The translations under genes and the position numbers were made by a program. DNA of 36,416 bases. Origin: Polyangia bacterium (GTDB taxonomy: Bacteria > Myxococcota_A > Polyangia > JAAYKL01). Location: positions 1 to 36,416 of the forward strand of contig JBNKCR010000058.1 in assembly GCA_050287845.1 (NCBI GenBank). Direction: 5' to 3'. The notes below the pieces were generated by a model. It had not been told where the DNA came from, searched no databases, and saw only the letters and a list, made by a program, of their open reading frames with translations. This document shows, in pieces, positions 29,146-36,416 of the stretch (the stretch's first letter is position 1; every line of letters starts with the position of its first letter).

Positions 29146-29336
29146 AAATATGAACTCTCGATGAGTTGTTCCATCTTCTCGTTTCCCATCAGCTCCTGTA
29201 CTTTTCCGACGCCCTCCGCATACCCGCAGTAGTTCATCTCCCCATCGCTACGAGCAGTTCGCTTGATCTGCAAACAACTGAACGTACGGCCGTCCTTTCT
29301 CGTTGTCCGCTGCCAATGACAGAAGATTGTCATCGT

Positions 29337-31451
29337 CTATTCTACACTACCCCATCCCGGATAGGGGCGCGCTTGCTTTATAAAAAGCTGAGGTGTCTCC
29401 CCCGGCTCTCCGTCGAACTTGAACTCCACATCCATCGCATAGAATTGGTCCGCTCCACCGGTGCCGTAGGCCGGTCTGAAGAAAGAGTGTATCTCATTCA
29501 AGGCTGCCCCGAGATCAAGAATCTGCGATCGAGTGAGAACACTGTTGCCGCTCGCGACAAGATTGGAATGGGCGATATAGGTAACCGGCTGCCCCGGCAT
29601 ATCGTACTGCAGAATGAACTGGTCGGTGGTGATTCCCGGTGGAGGCTTCACCACCGACTCCTCGCCGAACTGTACATTTACATAGAACCCAGGCATCATT
29701 CCCGAGGTATCGAAGATATTGGCGGTCACGGCGACCCCGTTTGCCTCTTCATCCGGAAACGATCGGTGCACCAGCAAGGCCATCCCGACCTCCTTATGAC
29801 TGATACCCCGATACTCTCGCTCCTCAAAGGCGCGGAAGTACCAGACACTCGACCAGACCGTGCGGATCGCATCCGCTACAGGTCGAGACGGATCGTTCGG
29901 ATCTCCGGTTTTGGAAGTATAGAGCCCCGCGCCGGTGAATCCTTCCAGGTCCTCAGCGTTGGTGCTCGATCGAAAGCGCATCGGGATTCCCGGAAACTCT
30001 GCAGCCAATTTATCGAGTATCATCGATTCGAGCTCCGCATCAATGGGCGTTGCCTTCATCTCGTCACGCAACGCACCCAGTTGCGTATCTCGCACCGCCG
30101 GATCGTTCTGAAATGCCTCATCCGCCAACAATGTATCGATTTTCGAAAAGAAGCCGTTCTCCTGCATAAACGCGATGTAATAGGATACCGGTACGATAAA
30201 TCCATCCGGATAGGGCACCAGCGTATTATCCATATGAGGGAGAACGCTATAGTGAGCCGCCTTCCCTCCAAAAGCCGGTATCACCCTGCGCACAGCGGCT
30301 TTCAGTCCAATAGCCGGATCGCTGAAATCATTCGGATCCAGTGCGTCCGCGATATTCACCAGCCCGGTAACCGTCGTATCAAGGGTCGGCACCTGCACGG
30401 CTGTGGGTCGATGCTTTTCCCACCAATCATCGGCTTCCTCGCGACTGACTTCCTCGATTTCGTACTTGTACGGTCCCACCGTCAACTTGACCCACTTTCC
30501 TTCGAATGCGCGAAAATCGGCGTTGCTCAAAACTCCCTTGAGCGCCATGTTCGGCGTTCCTCGGTTCTGAGACAAGACATTGATATGCGACAACGGCGTT
30601 TGAAATTGCCCGGTGATAATCCCGCTCGCCACGCTGATGTCGTTGGGAACCTGGTCGAGCACGGCAATATCGCGAAAGGAAATATAAGAGGTACCTGCTT
30701 CCAGCTGCGCGACATCGTAGAATCGCAACTGTCCGTACGAGGTTCCGAGATTCAGCGGCTGGTAAGTGATCCCCTCGAACAGCCCCTCTGTGGTGATCAC
30801 GCGAACGGAGCTCGGAAGCGACTTGGACATTGCGCTCACCGCTTCTGACGTGGGATGAAAATAGAGCGCATTGCCGAAGTACGTATTCTGCTCAATCAAC
30901 TCAAAAGATGTTTGCACCATTTCCGCCGAGGCAGTGTCGTAGGGTGAGATCTCGTAAGCCCAGACATCTGCCTCCTCGTAGTACGTTACCGCGCCCAGAA
31001 GAAACCGGCGATCCATGCTGTAGTACTCGGTTAAATTGAATTCAGATAATGTCGGAACAAATGGAAGCCCGTTGCCGGAGAGGTTTGCAGATGCAAAATC
31101 ATAATGAATCTTGTATTTCGTGCTGTCCTGAAAATACAAGCTGTCTCCATCCAGTCGATCGATCACGACCTTCACCGAGCGTGCGCCGGGAATCTCAGCA
31201 GAAATGGGAAGGGACGAGAGTCGGTTGAAATCGTCGAGACATCCGAGCCGAGAGAGATATTCTATCTCACCTCCCTGGGGCGCACATGTCCAACTCTCCT
31301 CGGAATCTGAATCATTTGTATCGACGGAATCGTTATCTGTGCCTGTGCTCTCTTCTGCGCCGCATCCTGTCAGTAGAAATAGAAGCATTCCATACAAAAT
31401 CAATACGCTCACTGAATAATGGAGCTGCGAACAACGTTGCTGATCTTTCAT
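29337..31451 (-). CDS. Lipoprotein dikinase-like protein: phospho-His domain followed by a PPDK-type ATP-grasp domain
   Basis: Lipobox LLTG-C; IITGQFQTPLSHINVLSQNRGTPNM (His codon at 30585-30587); then FGGKAA, PDGFIVP, RSSTNAEDLEGFTGAGLY, DVEFK and IKQARP at the C-terminus. Confidence 0.85.
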   Translation of the reverse strand: MKDQQRCSQLHYSVSVLILYGMLLFLLTGCGAEESTGTDNDSVDTNDSDSEESWTCAPQGGEIEYLSRLGCLDDFNRLSSLPISAEIPGARSVKVVIDRLDGDSLYFQDSTKYKIHYDFASANLSGNGLPFVPTLSEFNLTEYYSMDRRFLLGAVTYYEEADVWAYEISPYDTASAEMVQTSFELIEQNTYFGNALYFHPTSEAVSAMSKSLPSSVRVITTEGLFEGITYQPLNLGTSYGQLRFYDVAQLEAGTSYISFRDIAVLDQVPNDISVASGIITGQFQTPLSHINVLSQNRGTPNMALKGVLSNADFRAFEGKWVKLTVGPYKYEIEEVSREEADDWWEKHRPTAVQVPTLDTTVTGLVNIADALDPNDFSDPAIGLKAAVRRVIPAFGGKAAHYSVLPHMDNTLVPYPDGFIVPVSYYIAFMQENGFFSKIDTLLADEAFQNDPAVRDTQLGALRDEMKATPIDAELESMILDKLAAEFPGIPMRFRSSTNAEDLEGFTGAGLYTSKTGDPNDPSRPVADAIRTVWSSVWYFRAFEEREYRGISHKEVGMALLVHRSFPDEEANGVAVTANIFDTSGMMPGFYVNVQFGEESVVKPPPGITTDQFILQYDMPGQPVTYIAHSNLVASGNSVLTRSQILDLGAALNEIHSFFRPAYGTGGADQFYAMDVEFKFDGEPGETPQLFIKQARPYPGWGSVE

Positions 31452-31482
31452 TTTCGGTAGTCCTTTCATCAACTGAGCGCTT

Positions 31483-32514
31483 CTATTGGCAAAGATTGGT
31501 CGTGGTGTTGCAAGTCATGTCGCTCGGACAATCACCGTTCGTTTTGCAGGGCTCAAAGCCCGCTACACGCACCGTCGCTTCCGCGGATGCGAGCGCGGAG
31601 AACTCCACGCATCCTTCGCCTTGCGGCAACGGAGAAGAGTCGATGGTTCTACGAATGAGATATCCGCTGGGGAAACCGCTGACCGGGCTCTCATCCAGGG
31701 TAAGCAGCTGATCGATAATGGCCTGCGGCACGCTGCCGGCGCCGGTATCCGGAAAAATGCAACGAACAAAGAGCGGCGAGACGCCGTGTTGGTTTACGTC
31801 GAACGTCAGTACGACCTCGGCATCGTCGAGTTGTCCGGTATTCCAATTCACCGAAAGAGCGCTGCCTTGCTGCACCAACCAGCGCTCGTCTGCGATCGTC
31901 AGCGGTGCGACTCCCCTTGCCTTCAAATCAAGCGTTCCGGCAAAACCGTCGGTCGAGACAAGACGCAACTCGTCCCCTTCCGCGAACGGCGGATGAGAAA
32001 GGCTTGTATCGAAATAGCGATTTCCCGGTTGAATCGGCTCCATGGAGACCGACTTCTCCAAGCCGGAAATCGATATAACGCCGGCATCCTGAGCTGTCGG
32101 TTGCAGCTCACACTCCCCCGAGAAACCACAGGTATAACCGCTCTCGCAGGATGTATCGCAAATCGGGTTCAAACGTCGAAGCAATTGACAGTAGCCGTCC
32201 TCGCTCACAAGTTGCGGTATCTCTACCGGACTCAACCCATTGGAGACCTTTCCGTCTACACTCGAATACTGCTCCAACATCGACACTTTAAAGGCGCCGT
32301 ACGCGGTTCCGATGGGACACTCTTCGCTTTTCGACGCCACCTCCGATTCTGAATCGTCACTCGAGTATCTTTCAGTTTGTGTATCTTCACGCAGAGAAGT
32401 GTCTTCATTCGATGTTTCCGTATCCTCAAAACTCGGCGTCTCATCGACGTTTTCCGAAGCACATCCAAAAATCCCGCTGGCGACAATCAGACTGATCCAA
32501 TACAATTTTTTCAC
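31483..32514 (-). CDS. Hypothetical Cys-containing lipoprotein
   Basis: gaggag RBS before the GTG start; lipobox IFG-C; small Cys modules (CDTSCESGYTCGFSGEC and CKTNGDCPSDMTCNTTTNLC). Confidence 0.8.
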   Translation of the reverse strand: MKKLYWISLIVASGIFGCASENVDETPSFEDTETSNEDTSLREDTQTERYSSDDSESEVASKSEECPIGTAYGAFKVSMLEQYSSVDGKVSNGLSPVEIPQLVSEDGYCQLLRRLNPICDTSCESGYTCGFSGECELQPTAQDAGVISISGLEKSVSMEPIQPGNRYFDTSLSHPPFAEGDELRLVSTDGFAGTLDLKARGVAPLTIADERWLVQQGSALSVNWNTGQLDDAEVVLTFDVNQHGVSPLFVRCIFPDTGAGSVPQAIIDQLLTLDESPVSGFPSGYLIRRTIDSSPLPQGEGCVEFSALASAEATVRVAGFEPCKTNGDCPSDMTCNTTTNLCQ

Positions 32515-32573
32515 GTTGCGTTCTCCTCTCTCAAGTAAGCTGTGTATACTCCCCAATACGGTACATTTTCACT

Positions 32574-33899
32574 CTACGGAAAGGCGACCGGCTTGCTCGC
32601 AACACCGGCAGAAATCGCAAAGAGTCGCCCCTCGTCGCGGTCGGCCACGTATAGGGTTTCTTTTTCAAAACCTCCGAGACCGCGCCCCCAGTGGAGATTC
32701 GGGATCCAGGTGCTCGGCAGCACAGCGGCCTCTTCCACATTGGAGCCGTCGGAAGAGATGCGATACACAACCCCCTTCATGAATTCGGTGACATATACAT
32801 TCCCGCAGGCGTCTACCTCCAGTCCGTCCAGCCCACCGCTCAGGTCTTGAAAATCGGTATCATTCCAGGAAGGTTGACTCCCCGCGCCTGAGACCTTCTT
32901 CCAGCCGAGGTTCGGAGAGGACACCTGAGCGAGAAGCCTGGGCGCGGCCCAACCGTCTGAACCGTCACGATCAATCGCGTGCACGGTCCCACCGCCGAAG
33001 CTCCCCACATATAGCGTCTGCATATCCGGCGACATGGCGAGGCCGTTCGGACTGGTCAACCCATCTGCGATAACCGTATTGGCAAGTGTCGACGGGTTGA
33101 TCTGCCTGACCCGGCCGCCTTCCTGCTCACTGACATAGACCATTCCGTCGAGATCGACCTCGACGCCGTTTGCGTAGTCCAGGTCCGAGGCAATCGCCTC
33201 GAAGCCGCCGTTCGGCGCCACTCGGTACAACACATCGTATGTTGCCACGGCGAGATCGCCGCTTGGCAAAAAGGCCATCCCGTTGGTCTCCCCGATCCCC
33301 GGCGCCCAGAGAACCATGCGCTCGCCTTTGGCCTGCCTGACCAGATTGTCATTATTATTAGACACAATGTTTCCTTCACCATCGAAGGCAAAATCCTCAC
33401 CTTGTGTGTATCCGGTCAACTCTTCATAGAGGAGCGGAACGGCAGGAAGATTGTCGCAATTCAACTCCGAAGTTTCGCTATCTGTATCCGAATCCGAATC
33501 GGTGTCCGAATCCGAATCGGTGTCCGAATCCGAATCGGCGTCCGAATCCGAATCGGCGTCCGAATCCGAATCGGTGTCCGAATCCGAATCGGCGTCCGAA
33601 TCCGAATCGGTGTCCGAATCCGAATCGGTGTCCGAATCCGAATCGGCGTCCGAATCCGTATCAGCGTCCGAATCCGAATCGGCGTCTGTATCTGCATCTG
33701 TGTCTGTATCTGCATCCATGTCCGTGTCCGTATCCGTGTCCGTATCTGTGTCCGTATCTGTATCCGTATCCGTATCTGCATCCGTATCGCTACCGTCCCC
33801 ATCTCCATCGCCCTTGGAAGAATCATCACCACACCCCATGTGCACAAGTCCGGTTATCAGCAAAAGCGAAAATAAAATTGCAAACGATTTATTCTTCAT
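32574..33899 (-). CDS. SMP-30/gluconolactonase-like beta-propeller lipoprotein with Asp-Thr/Ser linker
   Basis: Motifs [48 protein letters not shown] and PNLHWG; lipobox HMG-C. Confidence 0.85.
   Translation of the reverse strand: MKNKSFAILFSLLLITGLVHMGCGDDSSKGDGDGDGSDTDADTDTDTDTDTDTDTDTDTDMDADTDTDADTDADSDSDADTDSDADSDSDTDSDSDTDSDSDADSDSDTDSDSDADSDSDADSDSDTDSDSDTDSDSDTDSETSELNCDNLPAVPLLYEELTGYTQGEDFAFDGEGNIVSNNNDNLVRQAKGERMVLWAPGIGETNGMAFLPSGDLAVATYDVLYRVAPNGGFEAIASDLDYANGVEVDLDGMVYVSEQEGGRVRQINPSTLANTVIADGLTSPNGLAMSPDMQTLYVGSFGGGTVHAIDRDGSDGWAAPRLLAQVSSPNLGWKKVSGAGSQPSWNDTDFQDLSGGLDGLEVDACGNVYVTEFMKGVVYRISSDGSNVEEAAVLPSTWIPNLHWGRGLGGFEKETLYVADRDEGRLFAISAGVASKPVAFP
33480..33790 (-). repeat. 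Coding Asp-Thr then Asp-Ser low-complexity tract (18-nt unit in the distal half)
   Basis: tccgaatccgaatcggYg units at ~33487-33686; DT-type units at ~33687-33790. Confidence 0.95.
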
Positions 33900-34278
33900 G
33901 TTATTCTCCCACTGTTAAAATTTTATAAAGAGCGTATCCCAATTTGTACGCCTGCAGCCCAGATTCTGTATTTTCATCGAATGTAAGTTGCATTTATTTC
34001 CCTGCTGTTCGAGCATAACTACCTGCTTTTCAACCAGCAGATGGTTTCCCCACAAATTTAAATATGAAACGGTACATCCAGTCACTGGACCGAATCAATG
34101 TTCCGTTGATTGAACACAGAGCCCATTGGGGCCACTTGATTCGGCAGGACACTATGTTCAGGGACGATCAAATGAACATTCCATGCGTCATCAAATCTTT
34201 TCTGAATAATCCGGCAATCTCTAATCGCAAACCGGGAAAAAATAGTCCATTTCTTTTTGACGTATACTTCTCTCATAA
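33715..34278 (-). repeat. Repeat R2 copy B
   Basis: Colinear with 27700-28250. Confidence 0.92.
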
Positions 34279-34477
34279 AAAACGAAGCACTCCAGACAGC
34301 TAGCTCCGCAGTCTCGCTGACTCCGAGGCTGCCAATAATGATGAAACCGTCAATTTCTTCAGTTCATTCTGGATGTCTCCAACTGGTCGTGTTTTTAACT
34401 TCTTATAAATCGAGACCATTTCCGAATTATATGAAAAGAACACCGAAATTATATATTATTTATGAATTTATTTAGCT

Positions 34478-34519
34478 TTAATCCGGGCAACAATCGGAAC
34501 GCTCCAAACCAGATCACTG
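34478..34519. repeat. 42-bp exact direct repeat, copy 1 (uninterrupted site)
   Basis: ttaatccgggcaacaatcggaacgctccaaaccagatcactg is identical to 36237-36278. Confidence 0.97.
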
Positions 34520-34523
34520 AGAA

Positions 34524-34551
34524 GTAGGGGCGAAAAAATTTTCGCCCCTAC
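34524..34551. repeat. GTAG-family REP palindrome
   Basis: GTAGGGGCGAAAA-AA-TTTTCGCCCCTAC, with perfect 13-bp arms starting with GTAG. Confidence 0.85.
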
Positions 34552-34891
34552 AATTATTTCATATGATTTCAATGTCTTAACGCAGGGATAAATTCTATAC
34601 TTACCCGGAAGAAGTTGAGAATGGAGGTTTCTTCTCCAGAATCAATTAATGTAACTTAATTACTGTACCGCCTTGGGTATACTGAAGACTCGGTCAGTTG
34701 AAACCAGTTGTTTCGGCCGTTATCTCGGTCGTTCCTGCACATTCCACAGCAGAATAGTTACTGTCGGCTTTTTCTGCGAAACAAAGAGTACTGTCCCTTT
34801 TTTTAACTGTCCTCCCCAGTCCATTGAAACGAATTTACTCCGGTAAAACGATAGACCTGTTCATCCACCATCAGCACTTGTGAAGATTCTA

Positions 34892-36172
34892 TCATTTTAA
34901 ATATTGTTCCCCCCAGCATACAACTGCACCATCTGATTTACGGATGCCGCACGTACTGCCATCAGATGCCGAAACAGATGAAAAGGACACGCCAACTGGT
35001 GGAGAGGACTGACCATATGTATCATCTCCCCAGCACTGGATTTCCCCATCTGACGCCCGAACGCCACAGGTGTGCTCGAAGCCAGCTGAAACAGATTCAA
35101 AGGCTACACCTGCTGGCGGAGAGGACTCGCCATATGTATCATCTCCCCAGCACTGGACCTCCCTATCCGATGACTGGATACCACACGTGTGAAAATAATA
35201 TCGGGTCGAAACAGCGATGAAGGCCACACCTTGTGGCGGGATGTCCGCACCCCAATTGTTTGCTCCCCAGCACTGGACCTCCCCATCCGATGACCGGATA
35301 CCGCAAGTATGATCAGAACCAACCGAAACGGAATCGAATGCTATACCGGTTGGCGGGATGTCAGAAGAAAATCCGCCCCAGCACTGGACCTCGCCATCGG
35401 ATGAGCGGATACCGCAGGTGTAATAGTGACCAGCTGAAACAGAGTCAAAAGCCACACCGACAGGCGAAGTGGCCTGGCCATTTGTATTATCGCCCCAGCA
35501 CTGGACCTCACCATCGACTGCCCGCACACCGCACGAGTGATTTAATCCAGCCGAAACAGAGTCGAAGGCCACACCCACTGGAGGAATAGTCGCTCCAAAA
35601 GACTCAATACGCGGCCAGCACAGAACCTCGCCATCAGATGACCGAATGCCACACGTATGACCGGGACCTGATGAAATAGCGCTGAATTCAGGAGTGACAG
35701 GCTCTGTATCTTCGTTGACCTGAATGCCCAGCTCCAGACTGCCCTTTCCAAAAGGAATGACGTTGTTTCCCACCACAAAGGAGAACGCCACCGGAGTGAC
35801 TGCATTTGCTTCGATGGTAAATGACATGGGGTTTTCCGACGTCAGATTGGCCGCCACCGGTTCCAGAGAGCCCGAAGCGTTCACTTTGTGTAATTGCCAT
35901 CCCAGTTGCAGTTCAATCTGGTAATCCCCAGGATCCAGTTCATACTGGATTGTGCCAACCGGATCGTCCGCCAGTACCACGGTATTCACACCGCCTTCGA
36001 CTATAAAAACCGAATTGTGCAGTTCATACCGGACGCCATTCACTTCCGCAGCCAGTTCCATTTTCAGCGTTCCCCCTGCTTCAACAGTGTTTTTTCCCGA
36101 ATCGCAGCCAGCCATCGAAACAAGAACCCCTGCAAATACGCACATCATTCCGCGCAAACATGTCAGTTGCAT
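34892..36172 (-). CDS. Lipoprotein with a seven-repeat RCC1/BLIP-II-like beta-propeller
   Basis: Lipobox MAG-C; seven ~39-aa repeats FxSVSAGxxHTCGIRxxDGEVQCWG; aaggag RBS. ATG 36172 or 36175. Confidence 0.88.
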   Translation of the reverse strand: MQLTCLRGMMCVFAGVLVSMAGCDSGKNTVEAGGTLKMELAAEVNGVRYELHNSVFIVEGGVNTVVLADDPVGTIQYELDPGDYQIELQLGWQLHKVNASGSLEPVAANLTSENPMSFTIEANAVTPVAFSFVVGNNVIPFGKGSLELGIQVNEDTEPVTPEFSAISSGPGHTCGIRSSDGEVLCWPRIESFGATIPPVGVAFDSVSAGLNHSCGVRAVDGEVQCWGDNTNGQATSPVGVAFDSVSAGHYYTCGIRSSDGEVQCWGGFSSDIPPTGIAFDSVSVGSDHTCGIRSSDGEVQCWGANNWGADIPPQGVAFIAVSTRYYFHTCGIQSSDREVQCWGDDTYGESSPPAGVAFESVSAGFEHTCGVRASDGEIQCWGDDTYGQSSPPVGVSFSSVSASDGSTCGIRKSDGAVVCWGEQYLK

Positions 36173-36236
36173 CATTGACTCCTTTGAATTGTGTTTATGG
36201 GCGAGAAATATCACATCGCTGCCGCACATTCAAACG

Positions 36237-36278
36237 TTAATCCGGGCAACAATCGGAACGCTCCAAACCAGATCACTG
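36237..36278. repeat. 42-bp exact direct repeat, copy 2 (abuts the IS110 end)
   Basis: Identical to 34478-34519; identity stops 9 nt from the transposase stop codon. Confidence 0.97.
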
Positions 36279-36416
36279 GCCAGTAACTCAACCAGCATTA
36301 TTTTGAATGATTTTATATCCCATTGATTTTGCGATGGATTTTATTCTATTTAGTCGACTTGTTTGAAACTGCGCTTCGTAACTTTCTTCACCAATGTCTA
36401 CATAGTCCTGCCCATA
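36276..36416 (-). mobile_element. Right end of an IS110-family insertion sequence (continues beyond the window)
   Basis: Transposase tail followed by a very short end, TGA-GTTACTGGCCAG, that joins the 42-bp repeat at a shared CAG. Confidence 0.75.
36288..36416 (-). CDS. C-terminus (partial) of an IS110-family transposase/recombinase
   Basis: Not in the ORF track. Reads YGQDYVDIGEESYEAQFQTSRLNRIKSIAKSMGYKIIQNNAG*, matching the G-x-x-YVD-x-G-x3-YE...A-x2-LG(F/Y) tail typical of many IS110 transposases. Confidence 0.8.
   Translation of the reverse strand, partial: YGQDYVDIGEESYEAQFQTSRLNRIKSIAKSMGYKIIQNNAG

Noticed and set aside
6650..30848. Long opposite-strand ORFs (e.g. 4497-5489, 6650-8185, 7954-9042, 10730-12091, 23979-24998, 26451-27452, 29166-30848)
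   Set aside because: They shadow well-supported genes on the other strand, carry no recognisable motifs, and are expected from codon bias.
27440..33790. Periodic tracts as CRISPR arrays
   Set aside because: They are in-frame 6- and 18-nt coding repeats (DT/DS linkers) with no unique spacers, and there are no cas genes.
34300..34890. Short minus-strand ORF fragments between R2 and the RCC1 gene
   Set aside because: The ones read by hand are under about 50 codons, with no RBS or recognisable motif. They may be remnants but cannot be supported.

Overview
A bacterial chromosomal window whose gene content suggests a Myxococcota/deltaproteobacterium-type polysaccharide degrader (inference from Asp-Thr/Asp-Ser-linker lipoproteins, Cys-rich lipoproteins and a sigma54-type site). 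It holds about 24 CDS, 11 with a lipoprotein signal. 1-6 kb: 3' end of a GH9-like gene, duplicated 2.7 kb downstream, then an FkbM methyltransferase, a broken and an intact GT2 paralog, and a MATE pump behind an attenuator-like leader. 6-19.5 kb: an outer-membrane protein plus CBM11-like lipoprotein, an MBL hydrolase, a PlsA/PlsR(Ger)-like pair divergent from a FabK-like gene, modD, a C_GCAxxG_C_C protein and an acyltransferase-3. 19.5-36.4 kb is an accessory secretome: a trypsin+4xPAN protease; GH16, GH51 and GH29 genes separated by copies of a ~235-bp repeat (one copy carries a MITE); a DUSP23-like phosphatase lipoprotein facing a three-lipoprotein operon that ends in a dikinase with glucan-water-dikinase domain order; an RCC1-like propeller; and the 3' end of an IS110 element. 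Best leads: (1) a possible exported dikinase/phosphatase pair next to glycosidases; (2) the IS110 insertion with a matching empty site beside a GTAG REP; (3) one promoter+signal+linker module fused to two unrelated enzymes; (4) the repeat-delimited glycosidase array; (5) the MATE attenuator. All family calls come from motifs read by eye, with no searches run. No rRNA, tRNA or CRISPR was seen.
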